Part shown: piece after piece, positions 10,296 to 20,416 of the stretch | Position numbering within the stretch: the stretch's first letter is position 1 | Layout: the number at the start of each line of letters is the position of its first letter | Assembly (NCBI GenBank): GCA_016715885.1 | Contig: JADJXL010000022.1 | Span: forward strand, 11,588-75,587 | From: Polyangiaceae bacterium | Lineage (GTDB): Bacteria > Myxococcota_A > Polyangia > Polyangiales > Polyangiaceae | DNA: 64,000 nt | Direction of reading: 5' to 3' | The notes under the pieces: model-generated | What the model was told of the DNA's origin: nothing | Seen by the model: only the letters and a program-made list of their open reading frames with translations | The model's database searches: none | Program-made: the position numbers and the translations under genes

Positions 10296-12608
10296 ATGAA
10301 ACGACGGTCGAGTCTTTGGGGTTTTGCTGCCGCCTTGTTGGCCATCACATCGCTGTCGAGCGAGACGCGCGCCGAAGTGCTCGAGAGAGCGCCTTATCTC
10401 CAGTCGACGACGCACGATTCGACCACCATCGTGTGGACGTCGGACGTCGGGGCGGCGAGCGAAGTTCGTTATGGCGCGAGCCCGGACAATTTGAGTCAAG
10501 TGGCAGCGGCCGCCGCTTCGGTGACGCAGCACGAAATCAAAATCTCGAACCTCAATCCCAATACCAGGTATTATTACTCGGTCGGTTCGCCCGGGAACGT
10601 GCTCGCTGGAGGCGATGCCGATCATTATTTCGAGACGAACCCGACCGTGGGAGCTCGAAAGAAGTTCCGCACGTGGATCGTCGGTGATTCCGGCAATGGT
10701 TCATCGCGGCAGAGGGCCGTACGTGACGCGATGTTTTCGTTCGTCGGAGCATATCGCCCGCATTTGTATTTGCACATGGGCGACATCGCCTACGATACGG
10801 GCACGACCAGCGAGTTCACGAATAACTTTTTCGGTATTTATCCGACGGTGCTGCGCAATACGACGTGCTGGCCGACGCTCGGCAATCACGAGGGGACGAA
10901 TTCGGATTCTGGAACGCAGACGGGGCCATATTATACGGCCTACGTGCTCCCGAAAGCGGGTGAAGCTGGAGGGCTCCCGTCGGGCACGGAAGCCTATTAT
11001 TCATTCGATTATGCCAACGTGCACTTCATCGTGCTCGATTCGCATGATTCGCCGCGTACGCCCGCGGGGGCCATGCTGACGTGGATGCAAGCGGATCTCG
11101 CGGCGACCAATCAGGAATGGATCATTGCATTTTGGCATCATCCTCCCTACACGAAGGGATCGCACGACTCGGACACCGAAGGGCGATTGATCGACATGCG
11201 GGAATACGCATTGCCCATTCTCGAAGCGGGTGGCGTGGACCTCGTGCTCGCTGGGCATTCGCATATTTACGAGCGTTCGTACTTGATCGACGGGGCGTAC
11301 GACACGCCGACGATGGCGCCGGGGCATATCGTCGATTCGGGCGATGGCAAACCGCTCGGAAATGGGCCTTATGTGAAATCGGCTGGAAATGTGGCACATC
11401 AGGGCACGGTCTATGTCGTCGCGGGGCATGGTGGAGCGTCGGTGTCGGGGTCGGCGGACCATCCGGTGATGTATTTCAGCGAAGTGGATCATGGCTCGTG
11501 TATTTTGGACATTCAGGAAAACCGTTTGTCGCTCGTGAACATTCGTTGGGACGGCGCGCTGACGGATAGGTTTGCCTTGGTTAAAGGTACGGGCATCGTC
11601 ATTGCAGCGCCCGATGGCGGCGAGACGTTGCAAAAAGGCACGACATACGACATTCAATGGGCGACCGTGGGGAGCATCCCCAACGTCAAGATCGAATACT
11701 CGATCGATGACGGAAAGACCTATTCGACGATCGTTGCATCGACGCCCAACACGGGCACACATGCGTGGACCGTGCCGGCCGTCGATACGGCAAAGGCGCT
11801 CGTGCGGGTATCGAACGCAGCCAACGAAGCCGTGTTCGATGAAAGCAATGCTGGATTCACGATGGCCGCTAGTGCTCCTGTCGAAGTCATCACGCTTGGC
11901 AGCGAATGGAAATACCATGACGACGGCACCGATCAGGGCTCGGCTTGGCTCGATGTTGCATTCGACGATGCTGCATGGAAATCGGGCAAGGGCCAATTCG
12001 GCTATGGTGAAGGTGACGAAGCGACGACGCTCATCGACGAATCGCCCAATCATCCATCTGCGTATTTTCGCAAAAAAATCGTGGTGAATGGGGACGTCAC
12101 GAAAGCCGACTTGACCGTGCTGCATGACGACGGCGTCGTCGTCTGGGTCAATGGCGTGCAAGTATTCTCCGAATATGTTGGAGATACGTCGTACGGTGCA
12201 TTTGCGAGCGGTCAAAGCCAGGACAACGAAGTGGACAACGCGTCCATTTCGCTTGCGCCGAATCCCTTCGTGATGGGGGAAAACGTCATTGCTGCCATGG
12301 TGAAACAAATCAGCCAATCGTCGAGCGACCTGTCGTTCGATTTATCGCTCACGCTCACGACCGCGGTGCCCAATGCATCGAGTGGCTCGGGTGCTTCCGG
12401 TGGTGCTGGGGGCAATCCCGGCACGGGTGGAGCCGGTGTTGGAGGCAATGGCCAGGGCGGCGCGAATGCCGGTGGCAATGGTCCGTCTGGAGAAACGGGC
12501 ACGTGTGGGTGTCGAATCGTGGGAGAAAGTGGATCGGCTGCGGTATGGTCTGCCCTTGGCTTTCTGTGTGTTGCGTGGTTGCGCCGCAGGCGAAATGCGG
12601 CTATCTGA
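10296..12608 (+). CDS. Secreted purple-acid-phosphatase-like metallophosphoesterase with extra beta domains and a C-terminal MYXO-CTERM sorting tail
   Basis: It has a signal peptide and the motifs GDSGNG / HMGDIAYD / GNHEG / AFWHHPPY / GHSH characteristic of calcineurin-like metallophosphatases. The tail is Gly-rich and ends ...GTCGCRIVGESGSAAVWSALGFLCVAWLRRRR, the MYXO-CTERM pattern. Confidence 0.75.
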   Translation: MKRRSSLWGFAAALLAITSLSSETRAEVLERAPYLQSTTHDSTTIVWTSDVGAASEVRYGASPDNLSQVAAAAASVTQHEIKISNLNPNTRYYYSVGSPGNVLAGGDADHYFETNPTVGARKKFRTWIVGDSGNGSSRQRAVRDAMFSFVGAYRPHLYLHMGDIAYDTGTTSEFTNNFFGIYPTVLRNTTCWPTLGNHEGTNSDSGTQTGPYYTAYVLPKAGEAGGLPSGTEAYYSFDYANVHFIVLDSHDSPRTPAGAMLTWMQADLAATNQEWIIAFWHHPPYTKGSHDSDTEGRLIDMREYALPILEAGGVDLVLAGHSHIYERSYLIDGAYDTPTMAPGHIVDSGDGKPLGNGPYVKSAGNVAHQGTVYVVAGHGGASVSGSADHPVMYFSEVDHGSCILDIQENRLSLVNIRWDGALTDRFALVKGTGIVIAAPDGGETLQKGTTYDIQWATVGSIPNVKIEYSIDDGKTYSTIVASTPNTGTHAWTVPAVDTAKALVRVSNAANEAVFDESNAGFTMAASAPVEVITLGSEWKYHDDGTDQGSAWLDVAFDDAAWKSGKGQFGYGEGDEATTLIDESPNHPSAYFRKKIVVNGDVTKADLTVLHDDGVVVWVNGVQVFSEYVGDTSYGAFASGQSQDNEVDNASISLAPNPFVMGENVIAAMVKQISQSSSDLSFDLSLTLTTAVPNASSGSGASGGAGGNPGTGGAGVGGNGQGGANAGGNGPSGETGTCGCRIVGESGSAAVWSALGFLCVAWLRRRRNAAI

Positions 12609-12631
12609 TGATGCAGCAAGGAACTTGAATC

Positions 12632-15487
12632 ATGCGCATAACTACGTTCGCTTCCATCGCAGCCACGTTCGCCATTCTTCCCATTGCTTGTTCGGATGAT
12701 CCAAACCCCATCGCCGCGACTTCGGCCGGATCCACATCCAGCGGGATGGGCGGCACTGGAGGTATGGGCGGCTCGGGAGAAGCTTCGAGCTCGAGCTCGA
12801 GCGGCATAACGACGTCGTGTGCGGATGATCTTCTTCCGCTCTTGAATCCGCGTTCGTTCACATTGGGAGAGACGTTTTATCTGCCGCGTATCAAGAGCCA
12901 TCCGGGGTGTTCCCCCGTCATCGAATGGAAGTCGGCGTCAGCGCCATTTGGAAGCAAAAACGTTCCATGGATGCGCGGTGCCCCCGAACCTCGATTCACC
13001 CCGGACCTTCCCGGTGATTACCTGCTCACGCTCAACGACCCGGCCAATACGGGTGTCGTGCTTCGCGTCGTTGCTCGGACGCCTGCCGAACGGTTTCGCA
13101 ATCATCACTTGACGCCGCTTTATGGCGCGGCTGCGGTCGATGGGGAATTGTGGATTGCCAATGGCGCGTCGTACACCGTGACGACGTTGACTGCTGGCGC
13201 GAATGGCACGTGGAAAAAGCAAGACGAAATTCCCGTGGGCAGTTGGCCCGCCGCCATTGCCCATCATCCGCAAAGCAATTACGTGGTCGTCGCACATCGC
13301 GGCAGCGATACCGTTGGATTCATCGACCGCACGCGAAAAGTGCTCGAAGATGCATTGTGGGTCGGTGACGAGCCGGTGGGTCTTTCCATGTCGAAGGATG
13401 GCAAATTGCTTTACGTGTCGCTCGCGACGATGCGTCAAGTGGCCGTGGTCGATGTGGAAAAACGCGAAGTGTCGGCGCGGATCGACGTTGGGTTCGATCC
13501 GCGAGCGGTCGTGCTTTCCCCAGACGGCAGTCGGCTTTATGTCGCGTCGTATCGTTCGGGGAACAAAATCAAGGATACGCGCGGCACGTACGGGCCGAAC
13601 GACGATCAAGACGTTTGGATCATCGATACGCAGACGAACAAAGTAACGGAGACGATCACGGGCATTTCGGCGGACCTGCGCGCGATGGCCATATCCGACG
13701 ACGGCGCCGAGCTCTACATTGCAGCGACCGACGGGGATCCGGAGCCTTCGCAAGCGGACCCCATGGCCGTGCCGTTCGTGCACGAAGTGGTCGTCGTGGG
13801 GGCTGACCCGGGCAAACCCGGATATGCGACGGTGCTGCGTCGAGCGGATCTGACGCGTCAAATGGGATCCGGCGGGCCGGTCGTCAATCCTTCGGGCGTG
13901 CTCGCCGTGGGGGATACTTTGTGGGTGTCATCGGAATCGTCGGACATCGTGGTCGCGCTCGATCGTGCGACGCTTGCAGAAAAGGCGCGCACGGTCGTGG
14001 GGCAGGGTGCTCGCGCGCTCGTGGCCGTGGGCGATCGCATTGCGGTGCATTCCTACCAAAGTCACGACGTGACCATTCTCGATGCGGCGGGTGCGGTCGT
14101 TCAACAATTGCCCGTCGCCGAGGATCCTCGTCCCGCCGAAGTGGCGCTCGGCGAACGCGTGTTCACGCGGCCGGGCAATGGATTTGCGGCCAATCATTCT
14201 TGTTCGAGCTGCCATATCGAAACGCAGAACAACGGAATGGTTTGGCGTTTTGGTCCGCAGATTTGGCACAATGCGCGTCCATTGCAGTTGCTCGATGCGA
14301 CGACGCCACTCGAATGGGGCGCGTACGTGTCGAGCACCGACAATTTTGGTTATCAGGGGCCAAGCTCCATCGTCGCACGTCCAGCGACGCCGGAAGAAGC
14401 ATTGGGCCTGAAGGCTTTCTTGGGCTCGCTTCTTGGAGCGCCGCGTGAAACGGGCCGCACGCGCCTCGATGGGAGCCTCACGGAAGCCGGCCTGCGCGGA
14501 GAAGAATTGTTCAATGGGAAAGCGGGCTGCTACGCATGCCATCTGACGCCGCTTTACACGACACGCGAATTCATTCCGGAAGGCAAATCGGGGGAACCTG
14601 CGGACGTGCCTTCGCTTCTTGGCGCATATCGGCACGGCATTTACTTCGTAAAGGGTCAAGCTCGGTCGCTCGAAGCCGCAGCCGATGTTGCCCTGGACTA
14701 CGTGAAAGTGGTGCTCACGCCCGAAGAAAAGGCGGACTTGGTGCAATTCCTTTACGAGCTCTCGCCGAAGGGTGCGCATCCATTGGGGATTTGGCCGGAC
14801 ATCGACAGCGCCGAGGGCGTGTATCCGAACGTTCGCCCGAGCGTCGCGTTTGCGGATCCCATCGATGATTCGGTGCCCGGAAAAACCGCCGCGCAAGTTG
14901 CGGCAGACTATGTCGTCCTCGAAACCGCGTCGGGTGATAAGGTCGCGGGATCCGTGGAGGTCGATGGAGGTCGGGTCGAATTCATCCCCGCCGCGCCGCT
15001 CTCTGCTGGGCAGTTTTACCGATTCCGAGCTCTTCCGGGATTGCCATTTCAATCGGGCGGCGCATTGTCAGCCGAACGCAAGTCGGAATTCCAGGTTGCG
15101 CAGCCGGCGATTGCTGCATGGCCGAAGAACATGAAGATGACGGTGACCGTGCCTGGCCCCGGCGGTATGCTCACGCCGCTCGATTACATGCTCGAAGCCG
15201 TCGATACACCACACCCCGGAGGCATGACGCTCATCATAAAACCTGTTCTCTTCGGCAGCCAGCAGCGTCAACAGGTATGGGCGCGCGTCGATGGCAGCAA
15301 TTTCCTCATGCAGAGCTTTGCATTGCCCATCAGCCCGTCCGGCGTAGGGGACGCAGCATTGGTGATGGGAACCGTGAAAACGGTCGACCAGGCGACGCAA
15401 ACCATTTCGCTCGTCGAAGGGACGCTGCGAATTGGAGGACCGGGAATCAACATTCCCGGCGTCGTGTTCAAGATCGTCCCCATGTGA
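12632..15487 (+). CDS. Lipoprotein fusing a YVTN-type beta-propeller to a di-heme cytochrome c peroxidase (MauG/CCP-like) domain, plus C-terminal beta domains
   Basis: Lipobox LPIACS. Repeated ...LYV(A/S)...V.V.D... propeller blades span aa 150-480. Two CxxCH heme sites (CSSCH, CYACH) lie about 110 aa apart. Confidence 0.7.
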   Translation: MRITTFASIAATFAILPIACSDDPNPIAATSAGSTSSGMGGTGGMGGSGEASSSSSSGITTSCADDLLPLLNPRSFTLGETFYLPRIKSHPGCSPVIEWKSASAPFGSKNVPWMRGAPEPRFTPDLPGDYLLTLNDPANTGVVLRVVARTPAERFRNHHLTPLYGAAAVDGELWIANGASYTVTTLTAGANGTWKKQDEIPVGSWPAAIAHHPQSNYVVVAHRGSDTVGFIDRTRKVLEDALWVGDEPVGLSMSKDGKLLYVSLATMRQVAVVDVEKREVSARIDVGFDPRAVVLSPDGSRLYVASYRSGNKIKDTRGTYGPNDDQDVWIIDTQTNKVTETITGISADLRAMAISDDGAELYIAATDGDPEPSQADPMAVPFVHEVVVVGADPGKPGYATVLRRADLTRQMGSGGPVVNPSGVLAVGDTLWVSSESSDIVVALDRATLAEKARTVVGQGARALVAVGDRIAVHSYQSHDVTILDAAGAVVQQLPVAEDPRPAEVALGERVFTRPGNGFAANHSCSSCHIETQNNGMVWRFGPQIWHNARPLQLLDATTPLEWGAYVSSTDNFGYQGPSSIVARPATPEEALGLKAFLGSLLGAPRETGRTRLDGSLTEAGLRGEELFNGKAGCYACHLTPLYTTREFIPEGKSGEPADVPSLLGAYRHGIYFVKGQARSLEAAADVALDYVKVVLTPEEKADLVQFLYELSPKGAHPLGIWPDIDSAEGVYPNVRPSVAFADPIDDSVPGKTAAQVAADYVVLETASGDKVAGSVEVDGGRVEFIPAAPLSAGQFYRFRALPGLPFQSGGALSAERKSEFQVAQPAIAAWPKNMKMTVTVPGPGGMLTPLDYMLEAVDTPHPGGMTLIIKPVLFGSQQRQQVWARVDGSNFLMQSFALPISPSGVGDAALVMGTVKTVDQATQTISLVEGTLRIGGPGINIPGVVFKIVPM

Positions 15488-15599
15488 GACAAACCCCCTG
15501 GACAAACCCTAAGGCAAACTCGATCGTTCGGTTCCGAACATTTGGCGTGCAAACAATTCTTGACACGCTGGACTCCGTGGGTGTTAAGTTCGCCGAGTC

Positions 15600-16595
15600 A
15601 TGGACGGAACGACCACGGATGGGCTGACGTTTGTCGACGTTTTACGGGTTTCTACGGATGACGGACCGGACGAACGGGCGGTTCTGCGCGAATCGCTGCT
15701 GCGGCCGCTCCCTGAAGTGCCGCCGCTCTATTTTTACGACGACGTTGGTAGTGCGCTGTTCGAGCGAATCACCGAGCTTGACGCGTACTACCAAACGCGC
15801 ACGGAAATATCCATTCTCGAGAAGTTTGGCGCGGCCATCATGCAGGTTGCGTCGCCGCGTCACATCATCGAGCTTGGCAGCGGAGCTGGGCGGAAAATTC
15901 GATTGTTGCTCGATGCGTGGGCCACGCGCGATGCCGAGCGGACGTGCACGATGCTCGACATCAACGAATTGTTTTTGCGGCAATCGATAACGCGGCTCGG
16001 GGCGGACTATCCGAACATCCGTTTTCGCGGCATCGTGGGCGATTTCGTGCAGGGTTTGGCCGATTTGGGTCCACCCGGCGGGCGGCTCGTGGTGTTTTTC
16101 GCCGGGACGATTGGCAACCTCGATCCGAACGAGCGGCGGCGGTTTTTGCGCGAGCTTTCCCGGGGAATGGATTCGACGGACACGTTTCTCGTGGGCATCG
16201 ATTTGGTCAAAGACAAGGCGCGGCTCGAGGCTGCGTATGACGATCCCGAAGGGGTGACGGCGGCGTTCAACATCAACATGCTCGAGGTACTCAATCGTCG
16301 ATTTGCGGGAAACTTCGACGTTGGGGCGTTTCGGCACCGAGCGTGTTACGACGCTGAAAATGCGTGGATCGAAATGCGTCTCGTGGCCACGCGTCCGAGC
16401 CGAGTTCGCCTGGAAAAATTGGATCTCGATTTGGATCTGTCCGAAGGTGCGGAAATCCGTACGGAAATCAGTTGCAAGTTCACGCGCCAGTCGCTCGAAT
16501 CGAGCGCCCGCGATGCGGGTTTGTCCGTCGTCGGTTGGTATTCGGATCCCGAATTGCTTTTTGCCGTGGCACTTTTGCGGAGAACCGACGCATGA
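15600..16595 (+). CDS. egtD: L-histidine N-alpha-methyltransferase EgtD (ergothioneine biosynthesis)
   Basis: Sequences YFYDDVGSALFERITELDAYYQTRTE, ELGSGAGRKIRLLL and LVGIDLVKD match the EgtD/Methyltransf_33 family; length is 331 aa. Confidence 0.8.
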   Translation: MDGTTTDGLTFVDVLRVSTDDGPDERAVLRESLLRPLPEVPPLYFYDDVGSALFERITELDAYYQTRTEISILEKFGAAIMQVASPRHIIELGSGAGRKIRLLLDAWATRDAERTCTMLDINELFLRQSITRLGADYPNIRFRGIVGDFVQGLADLGPPGGRLVVFFAGTIGNLDPNERRRFLRELSRGMDSTDTFLVGIDLVKDKARLEAAYDDPEGVTAAFNINMLEVLNRRFAGNFDVGAFRHRACYDAENAWIEMRLVATRPSRVRLEKLDLDLDLSEGAEIRTEISCKFTRQSLESSARDAGLSVVGWYSDPELLFAVALLRRTDA

Positions 16596-17863
16596 ACGAC
16601 GATGCATGTTCGAGCTTCGAGCGCGCCTTCGATGCTGCATGGTCTCGCTCGGACGAGATTTTTAACTTGATTCCCACGGACAGGCTGCTCGAGCGGCCCA
16701 TATCGCTACGACACCCTTTTCTTTTTTATCTCGGGCATTTGCCCGCGTTCGCGTGGAACCAAGTGGGAAACGCATTTCTGGGCGAAGGACAGCTCGACCC
16801 GTCGTTCGATACGCTTTTCGAGCGCGGAATCGATCCTGCCGACGACGATCGAGCGCGCGAGCAATCGATATCGAGTTGGCCCGGGATTGGCGAAGTCATA
16901 ACGTATCGCGATCGCGTGAGGAGCGCCATTCGGCAGCGTATCCCCGAAGTCTTGCGAGCTGTGGACGACGTGTTGGGGCAGCATGGGCGCATTTTGCACG
17001 TGGCGATCGAGCACGAGCTGATGCACCACGAGACGCTCATGTACATGTTGGCCCAGTGTCCCGAAGGGACGCTCGTTCGTCCAAAATGGGCGTTGCCACC
17101 CGAAGATGGTCCGGGAAAAAAACCGGAATTGCGGGAAGTGCCTGCTGGAATGGCGGCGGTTGGCGCTGAATTCAATGATGTCGAATTTGGTTGGGACAAT
17201 GAATTTGGCAAAGAAGAAATTTTCGTTCCAGCCTTTCGGATCGACTCTTTGCCCGTTCGTAATCGGGACTGGTTGGAATTCATCAAATCAAATCAGCTCG
17301 ACGAACGATGGTTGCCGGCAGGGTGGTTGAAGCAATGGCGAGAGCTATTCGTGAGGACCGTGTTTGGTCTGGTTCCATTCGAGCTGGCCGAGGGGTGGCC
17401 CGTGCAAGTATCTCGCGAGCAGGCATGGGCGTATTGTGCTTGGCGCGGAGGTCGTTTGCCGACGGAGGCGGACCTGCATCGAGCAGCTTACGGAGATGAT
17501 CACGAGAGAATGCGGCCATGGAGTGATGTTTCGCGCGATCGAGAGGCCGGCGATTTTGGTTTTTCGCGCTGGTACCCGTCACCCACGGGTCGTCATCCTG
17601 CGAGTGCGAGCGTATTCGGTGTCGAGGAGCTCGTGGGCAATGGCTGGGAATGGACGTGTACGCCGTTTTTGCCGCGGCCTGGGTTCAAGCCGTACATTCG
17701 ATCGTATCCAGGTTATTCCGCGGACTTTTTCGATGGTGAGCACGACGTCGTGTTCGGTGCATCGTGGGCGACCGACCCCGTTTTTCTGCGGCGCAGTTTT
17801 CGTAATTGGTATCGGAGCAACTATCCGTATGCGTTTACGAAGTTCCGCGTTTGTTTCACGTAA
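16592..17863 (+). CDS. egtB: Hercynine oxygenase / sulfoxide synthase EgtB (DinB_2 domain + FGE-sulfatase domain)
   Basis: The HX3HXE iron motif (HELMHHE) and the C-terminal FGE-sulfatase-like GNGWEWT motif are present. The ATG at 16592 overlaps the egtD stop (ATGA). ORF 16364 in the same frame is an upstream read-through. Confidence 0.8.
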   Translation: MNDDACSSFERAFDAAWSRSDEIFNLIPTDRLLERPISLRHPFLFYLGHLPAFAWNQVGNAFLGEGQLDPSFDTLFERGIDPADDDRAREQSISSWPGIGEVITYRDRVRSAIRQRIPEVLRAVDDVLGQHGRILHVAIEHELMHHETLMYMLAQCPEGTLVRPKWALPPEDGPGKKPELREVPAGMAAVGAEFNDVEFGWDNEFGKEEIFVPAFRIDSLPVRNRDWLEFIKSNQLDERWLPAGWLKQWRELFVRTVFGLVPFELAEGWPVQVSREQAWAYCAWRGGRLPTEADLHRAAYGDDHERMRPWSDVSRDREAGDFGFSRWYPSPTGRHPASASVFGVEELVGNGWEWTCTPFLPRPGFKPYIRSYPGYSADFFDGEHDVVFGASWATDPVFLRRSFRNWYRSNYPYAFTKFRVCFT

Positions 17864-20177
17864 TCAGCGTGCGCAAACTCGCGACGGTCGCGACGAGCTC
17901 GGTGGGATCGACCGGCTTTGGCACGTGCAGTTGAAAGCCTGCATTGAGCGCTAGAACGCGGTCTTCGGTGCGCGTGTACGCAGTGAGCGCAATGGCGGGG
18001 ACGCTCGCTACGCGGTCGGGCGCTCGAGCGCGTATCTTGCGCATGAGTGACAAACCATCTTCACCGGGCATGGCCAAATCGGAAATGATGACGTCCGGCG
18101 TGAAATCATTCAAAATGCGAATGGCTTCGGCTGCGTCGGCAGCGGGTTTGACGGATGCGCCTGCGATGGTCAGCACTTCTTCGAGGATTTCACGTGCATC
18201 GGGTTCGTCGTCGATGATGAGAATGCCAAGGCCCGTGAGTTTTCTGCCGTCTTGTTTTTGCGTCGCGGCGATGGGGTTTGGCGGAGTTATCGTTTTCGGT
18301 TTGGATATGGGCAGACGTACGGTGAACGTGGAGCCCATGTCGAGACCAGGGCTATGCGCTTGCACAGTGCCTCCATGCGCTTCGACGAGATGTCGAACGA
18401 TGGACAAGCCCAATCCCAAGCCGCCTGAATTACGCGTCAGCGTGCCATCGCCTTGACGGAATCGGTCGAAAATATGTGGTATGAGGTCGGCTCGAATTCC
18501 GCGGCCATTGTCCGACACGCGAATCAAGCCTTCGTCGCCGTCGCGCAGGACGCGCACGTCGATGGCGCCTTCCTTGGGCGTGAATTTGATGGCGTTCGAA
18601 AGGAGGTTCCAGACGATTTGCTGCAGGCGGCTCGGATCGGCAAAGACGGGAAGGCTGGTCGATTCGCACGTCGTTTGAATGCGGATACCTTTGGCCGTCG
18701 CTCCGGGCGAAACCGATTGAATGGCAGCTTCGACGACTTGGCCGAGGTCGACGATGGTTGCATCGAGTCGCAGTTTGCCCGCGGTGATACGGGAGGCGTC
18801 GAGCAGGTCGTCGATGAGTCGAGCCTGATGGCTGGCATTTCGTTCGATGGCTTCGAGCGCGCGCGGTTGGGCGCCTTCGCGCACGGCTCCGGTGCGTAGC
18901 ATACGGGCCCAGCCGAGAATGGCATTGAGCGGGGTGCGCAATTCATGGGACACGACGCCCAAAAATTCATCTTTGACGCGGTTGGCCTCCTGCGCTTCGT
19001 GATAGAGGCGAGCATTGTGGAGCGCCATTGCCGTTCGGTGCGCAATTTCTTCGGCAAATACCACGTCGGCGGGACTAAATTGACCCTGCGAATTGCCGAA
19101 GGCGAGCACGCCGACGGTTTCACCTCGCGCAATGAGCGGAACGATGATGACCGAACGCGGCGTGAGCCCGCGAAGGATATCGAGATGTCGTTCGTTGGCC
19201 GAAATGGTCCTCAAAATGTCGTCATCGACATCCGATAGAAGACGAGGTTTGCCGGTTCGCGCGGCCTCGCTGAGCGGGTGATGCGGGTCGAGCGGGTGCT
19301 CCGTGAATACTTCACGCAGGAGTTTTTCCTGCTCGGGATCCTCGTGAACGACGTTTTCGAACTGCGCTGCGCCGCCACCGGTCACCGTGCAAATCAAGCA
19401 AGAGTGAGCAAAGCTCGGCACCGTGACATGGGCCAGCGCATCGGTAATGGCGGAGGCGTCGAGGGAAGTATTCAGCACCGCGCTTGCTTCCGCGAGCAGA
19501 CCGAGGCGCCGTCGTTCCGTGTCGATTTCCGCCCGCGCTGCGCGCTCGGCTTCGTGCAGACACGCGCGTTCGAGGCATTGTGTGCATGTTCGCGCGACGT
19601 GAAGAATGAAGTCTTGATCTTCGGCCTTGCGGTATTTCGAGGGGGAAAAGCGAACTGCCATACCTCCGATGGCGCGACCATCGACGAGGAATGGCACTGC
19701 AACGACGCTATCGACGTCCTCGCTCCCTGGCATCGATGCCAGCGCCGGATAGAGTGTGCGATAGTCCTCGGCACTTTCGAGAATGACCAGCGCTTTGTGG
19801 CGAATGGCGTCGGTCAAAGGCGATGAAAATGACAGAGATTTTCGATCGTATCGATCGATCGATTCTCGAGAATGTCCAATGCCCCGAACGCAATCGACGT
19901 AATCGGCGCCGGGGGACAATGTCGCCACCATGGCCTTGCAGTTCGGAAGCATGGCCCCGAGGTGATCGACAATAATCTCGGCCACGGTCACGCGGCTCTT
20001 TGCATCCGCGAGATCGGCGGTCATGCGTTGAAGCGCCATGAGGCGCGCCGTCGTTTCTTCAGCAGCGGCCTTGGCCTGCTCGAGCCGCTCGATGTTGCGA
20101 GCAGCAGCCGAATGTTCATCGTCGGTTGACCCAGACGCCAATGCTCGGTTCCGAGCTGAGTGCCCATTGCGTGTCAT
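17856..20177 (-). CDS. Hybrid sensor histidine kinase with GAF-like sensor domains, HisKA + HATPase and a C-terminal receiver domain
   Basis: H-box HELRTPLNAILGW, G-box GGLGLGLSIV, and receiver LIIDDEPD...DLAMPGEDG. Confidence 0.8.
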   Translation of the reverse strand: MTRNGHSARNRALASGSTDDEHSAAARNIERLEQAKAAAEETTARLMALQRMTADLADAKSRVTVAEIIVDHLGAMLPNCKAMVATLSPGADYVDCVRGIGHSRESIDRYDRKSLSFSSPLTDAIRHKALVILESAEDYRTLYPALASMPGSEDVDSVVAVPFLVDGRAIGGMAVRFSPSKYRKAEDQDFILHVARTCTQCLERACLHEAERAARAEIDTERRRLGLLAEASAVLNTSLDASAITDALAHVTVPSFAHSCLICTVTGGGAAQFENVVHEDPEQEKLLREVFTEHPLDPHHPLSEAARTGKPRLLSDVDDDILRTISANERHLDILRGLTPRSVIIVPLIARGETVGVLAFGNSQGQFSPADVVFAEEIAHRTAMALHNARLYHEAQEANRVKDEFLGVVSHELRTPLNAILGWARMLRTGAVREGAQPRALEAIERNASHQARLIDDLLDASRITAGKLRLDATIVDLGQVVEAAIQSVSPGATAKGIRIQTTCESTSLPVFADPSRLQQIVWNLLSNAIKFTPKEGAIDVRVLRDGDEGLIRVSDNGRGIRADLIPHIFDRFRQGDGTLTRNSGGLGLGLSIVRHLVEAHGGTVQAHSPGLDMGSTFTVRLPISKPKTITPPNPIAATQKQDGRKLTGLGILIIDDEPDAREILEEVLTIAGASVKPAADAAEAIRILNDFTPDVIISDLAMPGEDGLSLMRKIRARAPDRVASVPAIALTAYTRTEDRVLALNAGFQLHVPKPVDPTELVATVASLRTLIT

Positions 20178-20416
20178 AATGTGCTGCGTCGATGCGCAGA
20201 TACCCCCCGGTAATATCGTGCAAGCTCCATAATAGCGTCGGTTCAGTCGTCGTGCGTCGACAAAATCATCCCAAGGGGGCAGGAGAGCACGACTGCGGAC
20301 GCGCTGTGTCCACGACGCTCGAAAGTGCCCCCCGCTGGCGGTCGCGCTGCCATTCTTTTACGTCCCGCACGTGGAAGCCTTTGCGACTCGTCGCGATACG
20401 GTACTAGATTCGCCGC

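Noticed and set aside
16364-16591. N-terminal 76-aa extension of the egtB ORF
   Set aside because: It overlaps egtD in a different frame. The ATG at 16592 gives a canonical-length EgtB and an ATGA overlap with the egtD stop.
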